From NCBI GenBank assembly GCA_035512635.1, contig DATKDR010000010.1, positions 55 through 64,054 on the forward strand: a DNA stretch of 64,000 nt, written 5' to 3'. The notes below the pieces were generated by a model. That model saw only the letters and a list, made by a program, of their open reading frames with translations, made no database searches and had not been told where the DNA came from. Shown one piece after another: positions 24,830-32,865 of this stretch. The stretch's first letter is position 1. Each line of letters starts with the position of its first letter. The DNA is from Longimicrobiales bacterium. GTDB lineage: Bacteria > Gemmatimonadota > Gemmatimonadetes > Longimicrobiales > RSA9. Made by a program: the position numbers and the translations under genes.

Positions 24830-25207
24830 TCAGGCAGTGGGGCCGACGGCGACCCCCTCCAGCAGCCGCGTCGTCTCGTCCTGGAGCAGCGCCCAGATCG
24901 TGTAGATCCCGAGCAGCGTGCCGAGCGGCGCGTTGAACAGGTTGAGCACGCCGAGCACGAAGCCGAGCGGCCGCGCCCACGACGTCAGCTTCCAGAAGCC
25001 CCAGGCGAGGATGAGTCCCGGCAGACCGATCAGCAGCAGGAAGAAGCCGAGGATCGATCCCAGCCCGGCCAGGAAGCTGAAGGCGAAGACGTCGCCGCTC
25101 AGGAGACCGGCGCCGCCCAGGATGCCGAAGATCGCGAACGCCGCGATCACCTCGCCGATCGAAGCCAGCAGGTAGAGGAGCGCGAGGACGTTCAGGTGTG
25201 TGCGCAT
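24830..25207 (-). CDS. Small integral membrane protein (4 TM), hypothetical
   Basis: 125 aa, highly hydrophobic, with an AGGAG SD. Confidence 0.6.
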   Translation of the reverse strand: MRTHLNVLALLYLLASIGEVIAAFAIFGILGGAGLLSGDVFAFSFLAGLGSILGFFLLLIGLPGLILAWGFWKLTSWARPLGFVLGVLNLFNAPLGTLLGIYTIWALLQDETTRLLEGVAVGPTA

Positions 25208-25221
25208 CGGGTCTCCTGAAT

Positions 25222-25311
25222 GTAGCCAGTAGACGGTATCCGGTAGACGAAAAGCGTCAGGCCGACGTGATGCTGACGTCTACCGTATACCGTATACCGT
25301 ATACTGGCTAC
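25222..25311. repeat. Inverted pair of heptamer arrays forming a long imperfect hairpin
   Basis: Left arm GTAGCCAGTAGACGGTATCCGGTAGACG (25222-25249). Right arm CGTCTACCGTATACCGTATACCGTATACTGGCTAC (25277-25311). Inner hairpin CGTCAG (25255-25260) / CTGACG (25273-25278). Confidence 0.8.
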
Positions 25312-25313
25312 TC

Positions 25314-25961
25314 CTAAGCGGTCAGCTCCCGCACCAGGAAGTCGCGCGCGAGCGTGCCCACCTGCTCCATCGTGCCGGGCTCCTCGAACAGGTGCGTCGC
25401 ACCGGGAACGATGACCAGCTCGTGCGGCGCGGCGAGTCGCGCGGCGGCGCTTCGGTTCATCTCGATGACCGGGTGGTCGAGGCCGCCGACGATGAGCAGC
25501 ACGGGCGCGCGCACCAGGGACAGCGCGTCCTCCGCCAGATCGGGACGGCCGCCGCGTGACACCACGGCGCGCACGGTATCCGGCCGCTCCGCGGCGGCGA
25601 GCAGGGCGGCGGCGGCGCCGGTGCTCGCGCCGAAGGTGCCGATCGGCAGCTGCGCCGTATTCTCCCGCGACGACAGCCAGTCGCAGGCGGCGACGACCCG
25701 GCGCGCGAGCAGCGGAATGTCGAAGCGGAGGTGCGCGGTGGTGGCGTCGACACGCTCTTCCTCCCGCGTCAACAGGTCGATCAGGAGCGTCGCCAGTCCG
25801 GCATCGCGGAGCACGCGCGCGATGTAGCGGTTGCGGCTGCTGAAGCGGCTGCTGCCGCTGCCGTGCGCGAAGCAGACGACACCGTTAGCGCCGTCGGGGA
25901 TGCCGAGCGAGCCGTCGATCTGCGCATCGGCTGCCGTGAAGCGGACATCCTCTTCGCTCAT
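25314..25961 (-). CDS. Dienelactone hydrolase-family alpha/beta hydrolase
   Basis: 215 aa from ATG 25961. Motifs VCFAHGSGSS and GASTGAAAAL (nucleophile elbow). ATGA overlap with the PRTase gene. Confidence 0.8.
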   Translation of the reverse strand: MSEEDVRFTAADAQIDGSLGIPDGANGVVCFAHGSGSSRFSSRNRYIARVLRDAGLATLLIDLLTREEERVDATTAHLRFDIPLLARRVVAACDWLSSRENTAQLPIGTFGASTGAAAALLAAAERPDTVRAVVSRGGRPDLAEDALSLVRAPVLLIVGGLDHPVIEMNRSAAARLAAPHELVIVPGATHLFEEPGTMEQVGTLARDFLVRELTA

Positions 25962-26602
25962 GGGCGCGATTCCGCGAGCAGCGCTCGCACCTCGTCGTCG
26001 GTGACCTGCCGGAAATCGTCGTACCAGAGACCCACCGCCTGGAAGGGCTCGGGCGTCATCGCGCACACGATCTCGTCGATGGACGGGTCGCGGCAGAAGT
26101 CGTCGCGCGTCTCACGAGCCGCCACCGGCACGGCGACGACGACGCGCGCGGGATCGCTGCCACGCACCGCCGCGGCCGCGGCGCGCATCGTCGCGCCGGT
26201 CGCGAGGCCGTCGTCGACGAGGATGACGACCCGACCCTTCAGGTCGGGAGCCGGGCGGGCGCCGCGGTATTCGCGATCCCGTCGCTCCAGCTCGCGCGCC
26301 TCCTGCATCGCGACGGCGGCAATGGCATCCTCCGAGACATCCAGCATCGAGATGACGTCGGGATTGAGCACGCGCACGCCCCCGGACGCGATCGCGCCGA
26401 TCGCCAGCTCGGCGTGGCCCGGGGCGCCCAGCTTGCGCACCAGAAACACGTCCAGCGGCGCGTCGAGCACGCGAGCCACCTCGCGCGCCACCGGAATCCC
26501 GCCGCGCGGCAGGCCCAGCACGAGGACATCCTGGCCGCGATAGCGCTCCAGTCGGCTTCCCAGCTCGCGGCCGGCTTCGGTTCGATCGCGAAAAGTCCGC
26601 AT
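25958..26602 (-). CDS. Phosphoribosyltransferase-domain protein
   Basis: 214 aa from ATG 26602. PRPP-binding motif VILVDDGLATGATM. Confidence 0.8.
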   Translation of the reverse strand: MRTFRDRTEAGRELGSRLERYRGQDVLVLGLPRGGIPVAREVARVLDAPLDVFLVRKLGAPGHAELAIGAIASGGVRVLNPDVISMLDVSEDAIAAVAMQEARELERRDREYRGARPAPDLKGRVVILVDDGLATGATMRAAAAAVRGSDPARVVVAVPVAARETRDDFCRDPSIDEIVCAMTPEPFQAVGLWYDDFRQVTDDEVRALLAESRP

Positions 26603-26762
26603 GGGTCGAATTCGCGTCGCAAAAGCGAGTCCCTCACGCGGAGCAATCCTTGCCATGCGGCCGCGCATGAAGCGCGACCTCGGAGGTTGGCTATTTCGAC
26701 AACGACGCCAAGGTGCACGCGCCGCGCGACGCCGCCCGTCTGCTCGAGCGACTGGCACGCTG

Positions 26763-26805
26763 ACAAAAGAAGAGGGCCGGCCACGCTGTCGCGCGACCGG
26801 CCCTC
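26763..26805 (-). terminator. Rho-independent terminator after the cold-shock gene
   Basis: On the minus strand: GAGGGCCGG, 16-nt loop, CCGGCCCTC, then TTCTTTTGT. Confidence 0.7.
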
Positions 26806-26826
26806 CGCTTCGAAGCAAAAACGGGT

Positions 26827-27222
26827 CTACCAGCGATTCGATCCCATCGGTCGCTCGCGGTCCCGATCCCCCCGCCCTCGGTCGCCACCCCGGCCGCTCG
26901 TCCCACCGGGGCCGCCCCGACTGCCACCACCCTGTCCGCCGCGACCGCCACCGCCCTGGCTGCCGTAGCCACCGCCGTGACCCGCCTCGCCGCTCGGCGC
27001 TCCACCCGCCGGGGCGTCGAGCCGGACGACGTTCTCGGCACGAGGGCCCTTCGCTTCCTGCTTCAGGTCGAACTCGACACGTTCGCCTTCCTCGAGGGTC
27101 CGGAACCCGCTGCCCTGAATCGAAGAGTGGTGCACGAAGACGTCCGGACCGTCATCCTGCACGATGAAACCGTAGCCCTTCTCCTGCGAGAACCATTTCA
27201 CGGTTCCATTCAGACGCGACAT
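26827..27222 (-). CDS. Cold-shock domain protein with C-terminal Gly/Arg-rich (RGG-like) tail
   Basis: 131 aa from ATG 27222 (AGGAG SD). [12 protein letters not shown] and VFVHHS RNP motifs, followed by about 60 aa of [14 protein letters not shown]... sequence. Confidence 0.9.
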   Translation of the reverse strand: MSRLNGTVKWFSQEKGYGFIVQDDGPDVFVHHSSIQGSGFRTLEEGERVEFDLKQEAKGPRAENVVRLDAPAGGAPSGEAGHGGGYGSQGGGGRGGQGGGSRGGPGGTSGRGGDRGRGDRDRERPMGSNRW

Positions 27223-27287
27223 GTGAGACTCCTGTACGTGGCTCTGGGATCGGTTCGCCCGCACCGGTGCTCATAGGCAGGATCCGT

Positions 27288-27334
27288 TCCCAAAGAACAA
27301 CCCGAAGCGGCAGCCATCGGGCTGCTGCTTCGGG
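27288..27334 (-). terminator. Rho-independent terminator after rpsU
   Basis: 15-nt arms at 27301-27315 and 27320-27334 with one mismatch and loop CGAT. On the minus strand it is followed by TTGTTCTTTGG. Confidence 0.7.
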
Positions 27335-27378
27335 TCGTCCTGCCGGTCGACGCGGACCCGGCGGCGCTGCGCTACGGG

Positions 27379-27576
27379 CTAGCGCGGCGTGCGTCGGCGG
27401 GCGCGCGCATTACGGCGTCGCGCCGCGGCCGCCTTCCGCTTCTTCGCCTCGCTCGGCTTCTCGTAGAAGCGCCGCTTCTTCATGTCCTTGAACAGACCCG
27501 ACCGGATCAGCTTGCGGCGGAACTGCTTCAACGCCCAGTCCAGCCGGTCGTTCTCGTCCAGGATCACTTCGACCAT
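27379..27576 (-). CDS. rpsU: 30S ribosomal protein S21
   Basis: 65 aa. LKQFRRKLIRSGLFKDMKKRRFYEKPSE. Confidence 0.9.
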   Translation of the reverse strand: MVEVILDENDRLDWALKQFRRKLIRSGLFKDMKKRRFYEKPSEAKKRKAAAARRRNARARRRTPR

Positions 27577-27664
27577 TCGCTACACCCCCCTCGGAGGTCG
27601 TTCGGGATTAGACAGCAGGAAAACATAGACCGGAACCAGCGGGAAGTCCAGGCGCCCCAGCCGG

Positions 27665-27699
27665 TCTACCGTCTACCGTCTACCGTCTACTGTCTACGG
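27665..27699. repeat. Heptanucleotide array TCTACCG x3, TCTACTG, TCTACGG
   Basis: Five exact-phase units. The trkH TAG stop (27687-27689, minus strand) lies inside unit 4. Confidence 0.9.
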
Positions 27700-29165
27700 C
27701 CTCCGGCCCGCTTCCAGTGGCGCCAGAGATCGGGATGGAAGAGCACGAGGATGGTGAAGACCTCGAGGCGTCCGACCAGCATGAGGAACGCGAGGACGAG
27801 CTGGGAGGCGGGGTTCAGCCAGCCGTAGTTGTCGACGGCACCGACACTGCCGAGGCCAGGACCCACGTTGCCGATGGCCGAGGCGGCGGCGCTGATCGAG
27901 GTCGTCAGATCCGAGCCCAGCATCGACAGTAGCAGCGCGCCGACGGCGAACATCACGAGGTAGAGCAGAATGAAGGCGAGCACGTTGAGCAGCAGGTGCT
28001 CGGCGACGGGCACACGCCCGAGGCGGGTGAGGAGCACCGCGGAAGGATGGAGGCTGCGCCTCAGCTCCGTGAAGCCATGGCGCAGGAGTATGTACAACCG
28101 CATGGTCTTCATGCCCCCGGCCGTCGAGCCGACCATGCCGCCGAGAAAGAACAGCACCAGCACCGTCATGTGTGCGCTTGCCGGCCAGAGCTCGTAGTCG
28201 AACGTGACGTAACCGGTCGTGGTCGTCAGCGATACCGCCTGGAAGAGGGCGTCGCGGAAGGCCCGCTCGGTGCCGGCGGCGATCGACAGCGGTGTAACCA
28301 GTGCCCCCGCCATGAGGATCACGGTGGCGATGGCGATGACGACGGTGTACAGCCGCCACTCGGGATCCCGCGCGTACGCCGACACCTGCCGCCCGAGCGC
28401 GCGGTAGTGGAGCGCGAAGTTGATCCCGGCCAGGTACATGAAGACGATGATCACGTACTGGATGAACGCGGAATCGTAGGCCGCGATCGACGCGTTGCGG
28501 GGGGAGAATCCGCCGGTCGACATCGTCGTCAGCGAGTGGGTGACCGCGTCGAAGGGGCCCATGCCGCCGATCATGAGAAGCGCGGCCTCGATCGCGGTCA
28601 GCCCGGCATAAACGAGCCAGAGGAGCTTCGCCGTCTGGGCGATGCGGGGCTGCAGACGCTCGGGCGTCGGACCCGGCACTTCCGCCTGGAAGAGCTGCAT
28701 GCCGCCCACGCCGAGGAACGGCAGGATCGCGATGCCCAGGACGATGATCCCCATGCCGCCGATCCACTGCGTCAGCGAGCGCCAGAACAGGATGCCGTGC
28801 GGCAGCGACTCGATGTCGCCGAAGACGGTTGCGCCGGTGGTGGTGAAGCCCGAAACCGACTCGAAGAAGGCGGCGGCGGGTGAATCGAGCACGTCCGCGA
28901 GCAGGTAGGGCACGGCGCCCACCAGGCCGATCGCGAGCCAGGTGAGCGCCACGACTGCATAGCCCTCGCGCACATTCAGATCGCGCTCGAGGGAGGTGAA
29001 GCGGCGGCCGACCAATCCCAGGAGGAGTGTCAGCGCCGCGGTCAGCACGAACGCGCCCGCGTCGCCGTCCGCGTACAGCAGTGCGAGGACGCTCGTCAGC
29101 AGGAGTGCGGCGGCGAGGGCGAGGAGGACGAGGCTGACGACGTGGACGAGGTGACGAAGGATCAC
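27687..29165 (-). CDS. trkH: TrkH-family potassium uptake protein
   Basis: 492 aa multi-pass protein with a GTG start and a GTGA overlap with trkA. Confidence 0.9.
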   Translation of the reverse strand: MILRHLVHVVSLVLLALAAALLLTSVLALLYADGDAGAFVLTAALTLLLGLVGRRFTSLERDLNVREGYAVVALTWLAIGLVGAVPYLLADVLDSPAAAFFESVSGFTTTGATVFGDIESLPHGILFWRSLTQWIGGMGIIVLGIAILPFLGVGGMQLFQAEVPGPTPERLQPRIAQTAKLLWLVYAGLTAIEAALLMIGGMGPFDAVTHSLTTMSTGGFSPRNASIAAYDSAFIQYVIIVFMYLAGINFALHYRALGRQVSAYARDPEWRLYTVVIAIATVILMAGALVTPLSIAAGTERAFRDALFQAVSLTTTTGYVTFDYELWPASAHMTVLVLFFLGGMVGSTAGGMKTMRLYILLRHGFTELRRSLHPSAVLLTRLGRVPVAEHLLLNVLAFILLYLVMFAVGALLLSMLGSDLTTSISAAASAIGNVGPGLGSVGAVDNYGWLNPASQLVLAFLMLVGRLEVFTILVLFHPDLWRHWKRAGGRRQ

Positions 29166-30505
29166 GCGAAGAGCGCCTCGAGCTCGTGGGTCGCGGTGGG
29201 CAGCGCGAAGACGATGACCTTGTCCTGCGCGAGCACGACGTCGTTGCCGCGCGGCAGGATCACTTCGTCGCCGCGCAGGATGATGCCGAGCACGGCGTCG
29301 TCGGGGAAGTCGACCTCGCGCAGGGTGCGGCCGGCGATCTTCGCGCCGGGCTTGACGTCCAGCTCCAGCGCCTCGGCGTCGATGCCCTTCAGCGTGGCGA
29401 CGCTCAGCACATTGCCGCGCCGCACGTAGCGCAGGATCGCGTTCACGGTCGACATCTTGGGCGACACCGCGGCGTCGATGCCGACCCGCGACACCAGCGG
29501 CATGTAGTCGAAGCGCTGGATCATGCTGATGACGCGGCGGGCACCGCTGCTCTTCGCCAGCAGACTGGAAAGCATGTTGGTGTCGTCATGCCCGGTGTAG
29601 GCGACGAAACCATCCGCACCCTCGATGCCTTCCATCTCGAGCAGCTCGAGATTGGTCGCGTCCGCGTGAAGGATGAGCGCGGCGGGCAGCAGCTCGGCCA
29701 GCTCGGCGCAGCGGGCGCGATCGATGTCGAGGACGGTGCACTCGACCTTGTGCTCTTCCAGGTACTGGCCCAGGTAGACCGTTTCCTCGGGACCGCCCGC
29801 GATCATGACGCGGCGCAGTTTCGTCGCCGGGTATCCGGCCATCGGCGCGAGCCGGTCCAGCTCGTTGGAGGGCGCGAGGACGTAGATCTGGTCGCCGGCT
29901 TCGATGCGGCTGTTGCCGGTCGGAATCTCCGTCACTCCGCTGCGGACGATGGCGACGGTAATGTAGTGCCGGCCCGCGAGCTCGCGTCCGATATCGACGA
30001 GGCGCTTGCCGGCGACGGCCGCCCCCTCCTTCACCCGCAGGCCGACGAGCTGGACGCGGCCGTCGGCGAAGCGCACCAGGTCGGTGGCCGCCTCGCTGTT
30101 GAGCAGCTGAAAGGTCTCCCAGGCGCACTCGCGCTCGGGATTGATCATCAGATCGACGCCGAGGTGCTCGCGGGACAGGACGTTGCCGCGGTTGTAGTAC
30201 TCGGGGTTGCTGATGCGGGCGACCTTGAAGCGTGCGCCCATGCGGGATGCGGCGAGGCAGGCGACCAGGTTGACCTCGTCCTCGCCGCTGACCGCGAGAA
30301 ACAGGTCCGCCTTGTCGGTGCCGGCCTTCTCCAGGTTCGGCAGTGACGCGCCGTTCCCCACGATCGTCATCACGTCGAAGCGATCGCCGATGCCAGCGGC
30401 CCGCCGCGCATCGGACTCGATGACGACGACGTCCTGCCCTTCCTCCGAAAGACGCTCGGCGAGATGGGAGCCTACTGAGCCCGCGCCCACGATTACGACC
30501 CGCAT
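29162..30505 (-). CDS. trkA: Trk system NAD-binding subunit TrkA
   Basis: Motif VIVGAGSVGSHLA and two RCK modules. ATG 30505 has GGAGG 6 nt upstream; the ORF-track start at 30511 is a TTG. Confidence 0.9.
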   Translation of the reverse strand: MRVVIVGAGSVGSHLAERLSEEGQDVVVIESDARRAAGIGDRFDVMTIVGNGASLPNLEKAGTDKADLFLAVSGEDEVNLVACLAASRMGARFKVARISNPEYYNRGNVLSREHLGVDLMINPERECAWETFQLLNSEAATDLVRFADGRVQLVGLRVKEGAAVAGKRLVDIGRELAGRHYITVAIVRSGVTEIPTGNSRIEAGDQIYVLAPSNELDRLAPMAGYPATKLRRVMIAGGPEETVYLGQYLEEHKVECTVLDIDRARCAELAELLPAALILHADATNLELLEMEGIEGADGFVAYTGHDDTNMLSSLLAKSSGARRVISMIQRFDYMPLVSRVGIDAAVSPKMSTVNAILRYVRRGNVLSVATLKGIDAEALELDVKPGAKIAGRTLREVDFPDDAVLGIILRGDEVILPRGNDVVLAQDKVIVFALPTATHELEALFA

Positions 30506-30582
30506 CGACAACCTCCGGGAGAGCGCCGCAGCGGGAGCGGATCTGCCTCGCCACTCCGTGCGGCTGCTGATGCACGGCGCGG

Positions 30583-30611
30583 AATGTTCGCTGCGGGCCT
30601 CCGGCGGTCAA
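30583..30611 (-). promoter_or_regulatory. Candidate trkA promoter TTGACC-N17-AACATT
   Basis: On the minus strand, -35 at 30611-30606 and -10 at 30588-30583, leaving a leader of about 70 nt. Confidence 0.4.
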
Positions 30612-30676
30612 CTCGGGCGGTCGGCCTCGGCGGCCCAACGCGGCTCGACTGCGGCGTGGACGGGCGGCCGGCAACG

Positions 30677-30706
30677 TTGTCGGCGCAGGGCGGCGCGCTC
30701 TACAAT
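30677..30706 (+). promoter_or_regulatory. Candidate promoter TTGTCG-N18-TACAAT, 6 nt from ATG 30713 (leaderless)
   Basis: -35 at 30677-30682 and -10 at 30701-30706. There is no SD between the -10 and the ATG. Confidence 0.5.
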
Positions 30707-30712
30707 GCTGCC

Positions 30713-32839
30713 ATGGTCTCTTCCCGCGACGACGCCGTTCGGCGTCGAGCGTGCCGCGCGCTGCTGCTCGCCGCGGCGCTGCTGCCGCTGCCCGCCTGCG
30801 GACGTCCCGCTCCCGAAATGCCGCCCGCGCCGCGACGTGTGGACTCGGCGGAGCACTATCGCCCGCTGGACGGTCTGCTCAAATCGGCCAGGCTTCAGCA
30901 ACTGGTCGATTTGCAGATCGACCGGAATGGTGAAGCGCTCGCCGCAGCGCTCGGCGATGCCGATCCGCGCGTCCGCGCGCGGGCCGCGTTCGCGCTCGCT
31001 TCGGTGCAGGATACGCTCGCCGTCCCCTCGCTGACCCCGCTGCTGGCCGATGCGGATCCGCTCGTGCGCGCGGATGCCGCGTTCGCGCTCGGCCAGACGC
31101 CGACAGCCGGCGGCGCCGCCGCGCTGCTGTCTGCGACGCTGACCGAAGCGGATACGACGGTTCTCCTGGTGATGCTGGATGCGCTCGGCAGGGCGGGAGG
31201 CGCGGCGGAGCTGGATGGGCTGGCCGGAGCGGAGCTGGCGCCGTCGTACGATGAGGCGCACGCGATTGCCGGCGCGCTGGCGCTGGCCTACGCTCGCTTC
31301 GCCATGCAGGGCATTTACGACGAGGAGGCGATGGAGTGGCTCGCCGGCGGTCTGAGCGCGGATTCGTCGGTCGTGCGGCGGAACGCCGCCTACTACTTCG
31401 CGCGCTCGCGCGATGCGGGATCGTGGGCAGGCGAGCGGCGCATGCTGGCGCGCGCGCTCGACCACTACGCGTTCGCGGACCGCGCCGCGATGCATCTGCT
31501 GACCGCGCTCGCGCGACTGGATGAAGCGGACGATGACCCGCGCTTCGTCGAGTGGCTGTCAGCCTCGCCCGACTGGGCAATCCGCGTGCATGCGGCCCGT
31601 GCGCTCGGGCAGCGCCCGGAGAGCGGGGAAGCGCGGGCCGCGCTGTTGACCGCGCTCGGCGATTCGTCGCATCACGTGCGGTCGGTGGCGGCGGCGGCTC
31701 TCGCGCAGGCATCGCTGACGACGTTCGACGCGGAAACCCTCATCTCGCGCCTGCCGGCCTTCAGGGAGGAGCCCGTCGTGCACGGATCGCTGCTGCGCGC
31801 GATTGCGGCCGCGGGCAGGGGCGACTGGGTGCTGGAGCACTGGTACACGCTGTCGGATGCGCGGCTGCGCCGGTCCGGCCTGGCCGCGCTCGCGCGGGTG
31901 CCGGGGCGTGCGGGCTTCGCCGCGCTCGAGCGCGCCGCACAGAACGCCGACTCCACGGTTGCGTCCGCGGCGGTCGAGGCGCTCGCGCAACGCCGCGCGC
32001 TGGACATCGAGGACGTCGGCGAGCCGCGCTATTACGCCGTTTTCACGAACGCGCTGCGGACCCGCGACCTCGCCGTCATGTCCGCGGCCGCCGGCGCGCT
32101 CGCCGACAGCGCGTTCGAGCCGCTCGGCGCGGGTCCCGCGCTCCAGTCGATCTTCCTCCAGCTTCGCGCGCCGGACCAGCTCGATGCGATGGTCGCCATC
32201 GCGGAGGCGCTGGGCGCGCTGCGCGACCGGACCGCGGAGCCGCTGCTGCGCGAGGCGCGCGCGAGCACCTGGGCGCAGCTGCGCACGGCCGCGGCCGGCG
32301 CCCTCGCGCGCATCACCGGTGAGCCGGAAGCCCTGCCGGCCGGCGATCCGCCCCCGACCCCGATGATGCAGTGGGACTGGCTGGCGCGGTGGGGCACGGC
32401 TCCGCGGCTCCGACTCGAGACGGAGCGCGGCACGATCGTGATCGAGCTGTCGGCGGAGCAGGCGCCGCTCACCGTACAGACGGTGCTCCAGCTCGCGAGC
32501 GATGGCCGCCATGACGGAGTACCCTTCCATCGCGTGGTGCCGAACTTCGTCGTCCAGGGGGGCGACGTGGAGCGCGGGGACGGCTGGGGCGGGCCGGGTT
32601 TCGCCATGCGCAGCGAGTTCACGCGTCTCCCCTTTCTGCGCGGCAGCGCCGGCATGGCGAGCTCCGGCAAGGACACGGAAGGCTCGCAGTACTTCCTCAC
32701 GCACGGCACGCAGCCGCACCTGGATGGCCGGTACACGTCGTTCGGGACGGTCGTCGAAGGTCTCGAGGTGCTGGACGCGATACGCGTCGGCGATCGGGTG
32801 CTGCGGGCGACCATCGCGCCCACGCCGGGCCTGCCCTGA
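30713..32839 (+). CDS. HEAT-repeat lipoprotein fused to a C-terminal cyclophilin-type peptidyl-prolyl isomerase
   Basis: 708 aa. Lipobox LPLPAC. Repeated DPRVRARAAFAL-type HEAT units. C-terminal FHRVVPNFVVQGGD and SSGKDTEGSQYFLTH. Confidence 0.8.
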   Translation: MVSSRDDAVRRRACRALLLAAALLPLPACGRPAPEMPPAPRRVDSAEHYRPLDGLLKSARLQQLVDLQIDRNGEALAAALGDADPRVRARAAFALASVQDTLAVPSLTPLLADADPLVRADAAFALGQTPTAGGAAALLSATLTEADTTVLLVMLDALGRAGGAAELDGLAGAELAPSYDEAHAIAGALALAYARFAMQGIYDEEAMEWLAGGLSADSSVVRRNAAYYFARSRDAGSWAGERRMLARALDHYAFADRAAMHLLTALARLDEADDDPRFVEWLSASPDWAIRVHAARALGQRPESGEARAALLTALGDSSHHVRSVAAAALAQASLTTFDAETLISRLPAFREEPVVHGSLLRAIAAAGRGDWVLEHWYTLSDARLRRSGLAALARVPGRAGFAALERAAQNADSTVASAAVEALAQRRALDIEDVGEPRYYAVFTNALRTRDLAVMSAAAGALADSAFEPLGAGPALQSIFLQLRAPDQLDAMVAIAEALGALRDRTAEPLLREARASTWAQLRTAAAGALARITGEPEALPAGDPPPTPMMQWDWLARWGTAPRLRLETERGTIVIELSAEQAPLTVQTVLQLASDGRHDGVPFHRVVPNFVVQGGDVERGDGWGGPGFAMRSEFTRLPFLRGSAGMASSGKDTEGSQYFLTHGTQPHLDGRYTSFGTVVEGLEVLDAIRVGDRVLRATIAPTPGLP

Positions 32840-32865
32840 TCCCGAGGCACGGAGCATCGTCTCTC

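Noticed and set aside
26671-26763. 31-codon open frame with good codon bias ending ...GYFDNDAKVHAPRDAARLLERLAR*
   Set aside because: There is no usable start codon after the preceding in-frame stop (26668-26670). It may be a decayed gene 3' end, but it cannot be supported.
27577-27664. Promoter TGGACT-N17-TATGTT for rpsU
   Set aside because: The hexamers match consensus only 4/6 each and there is no supporting signal, so it is too weak to list as a feature.
30506-30611. c-di-AMP (ydaO-type) or other riboswitch in the trkA leader
   Set aside because: The leader is only about 70 nt and has one simple hairpin (CCGTGC...GCACGG). It is too short and lacks the conserved features I remember for that riboswitch.
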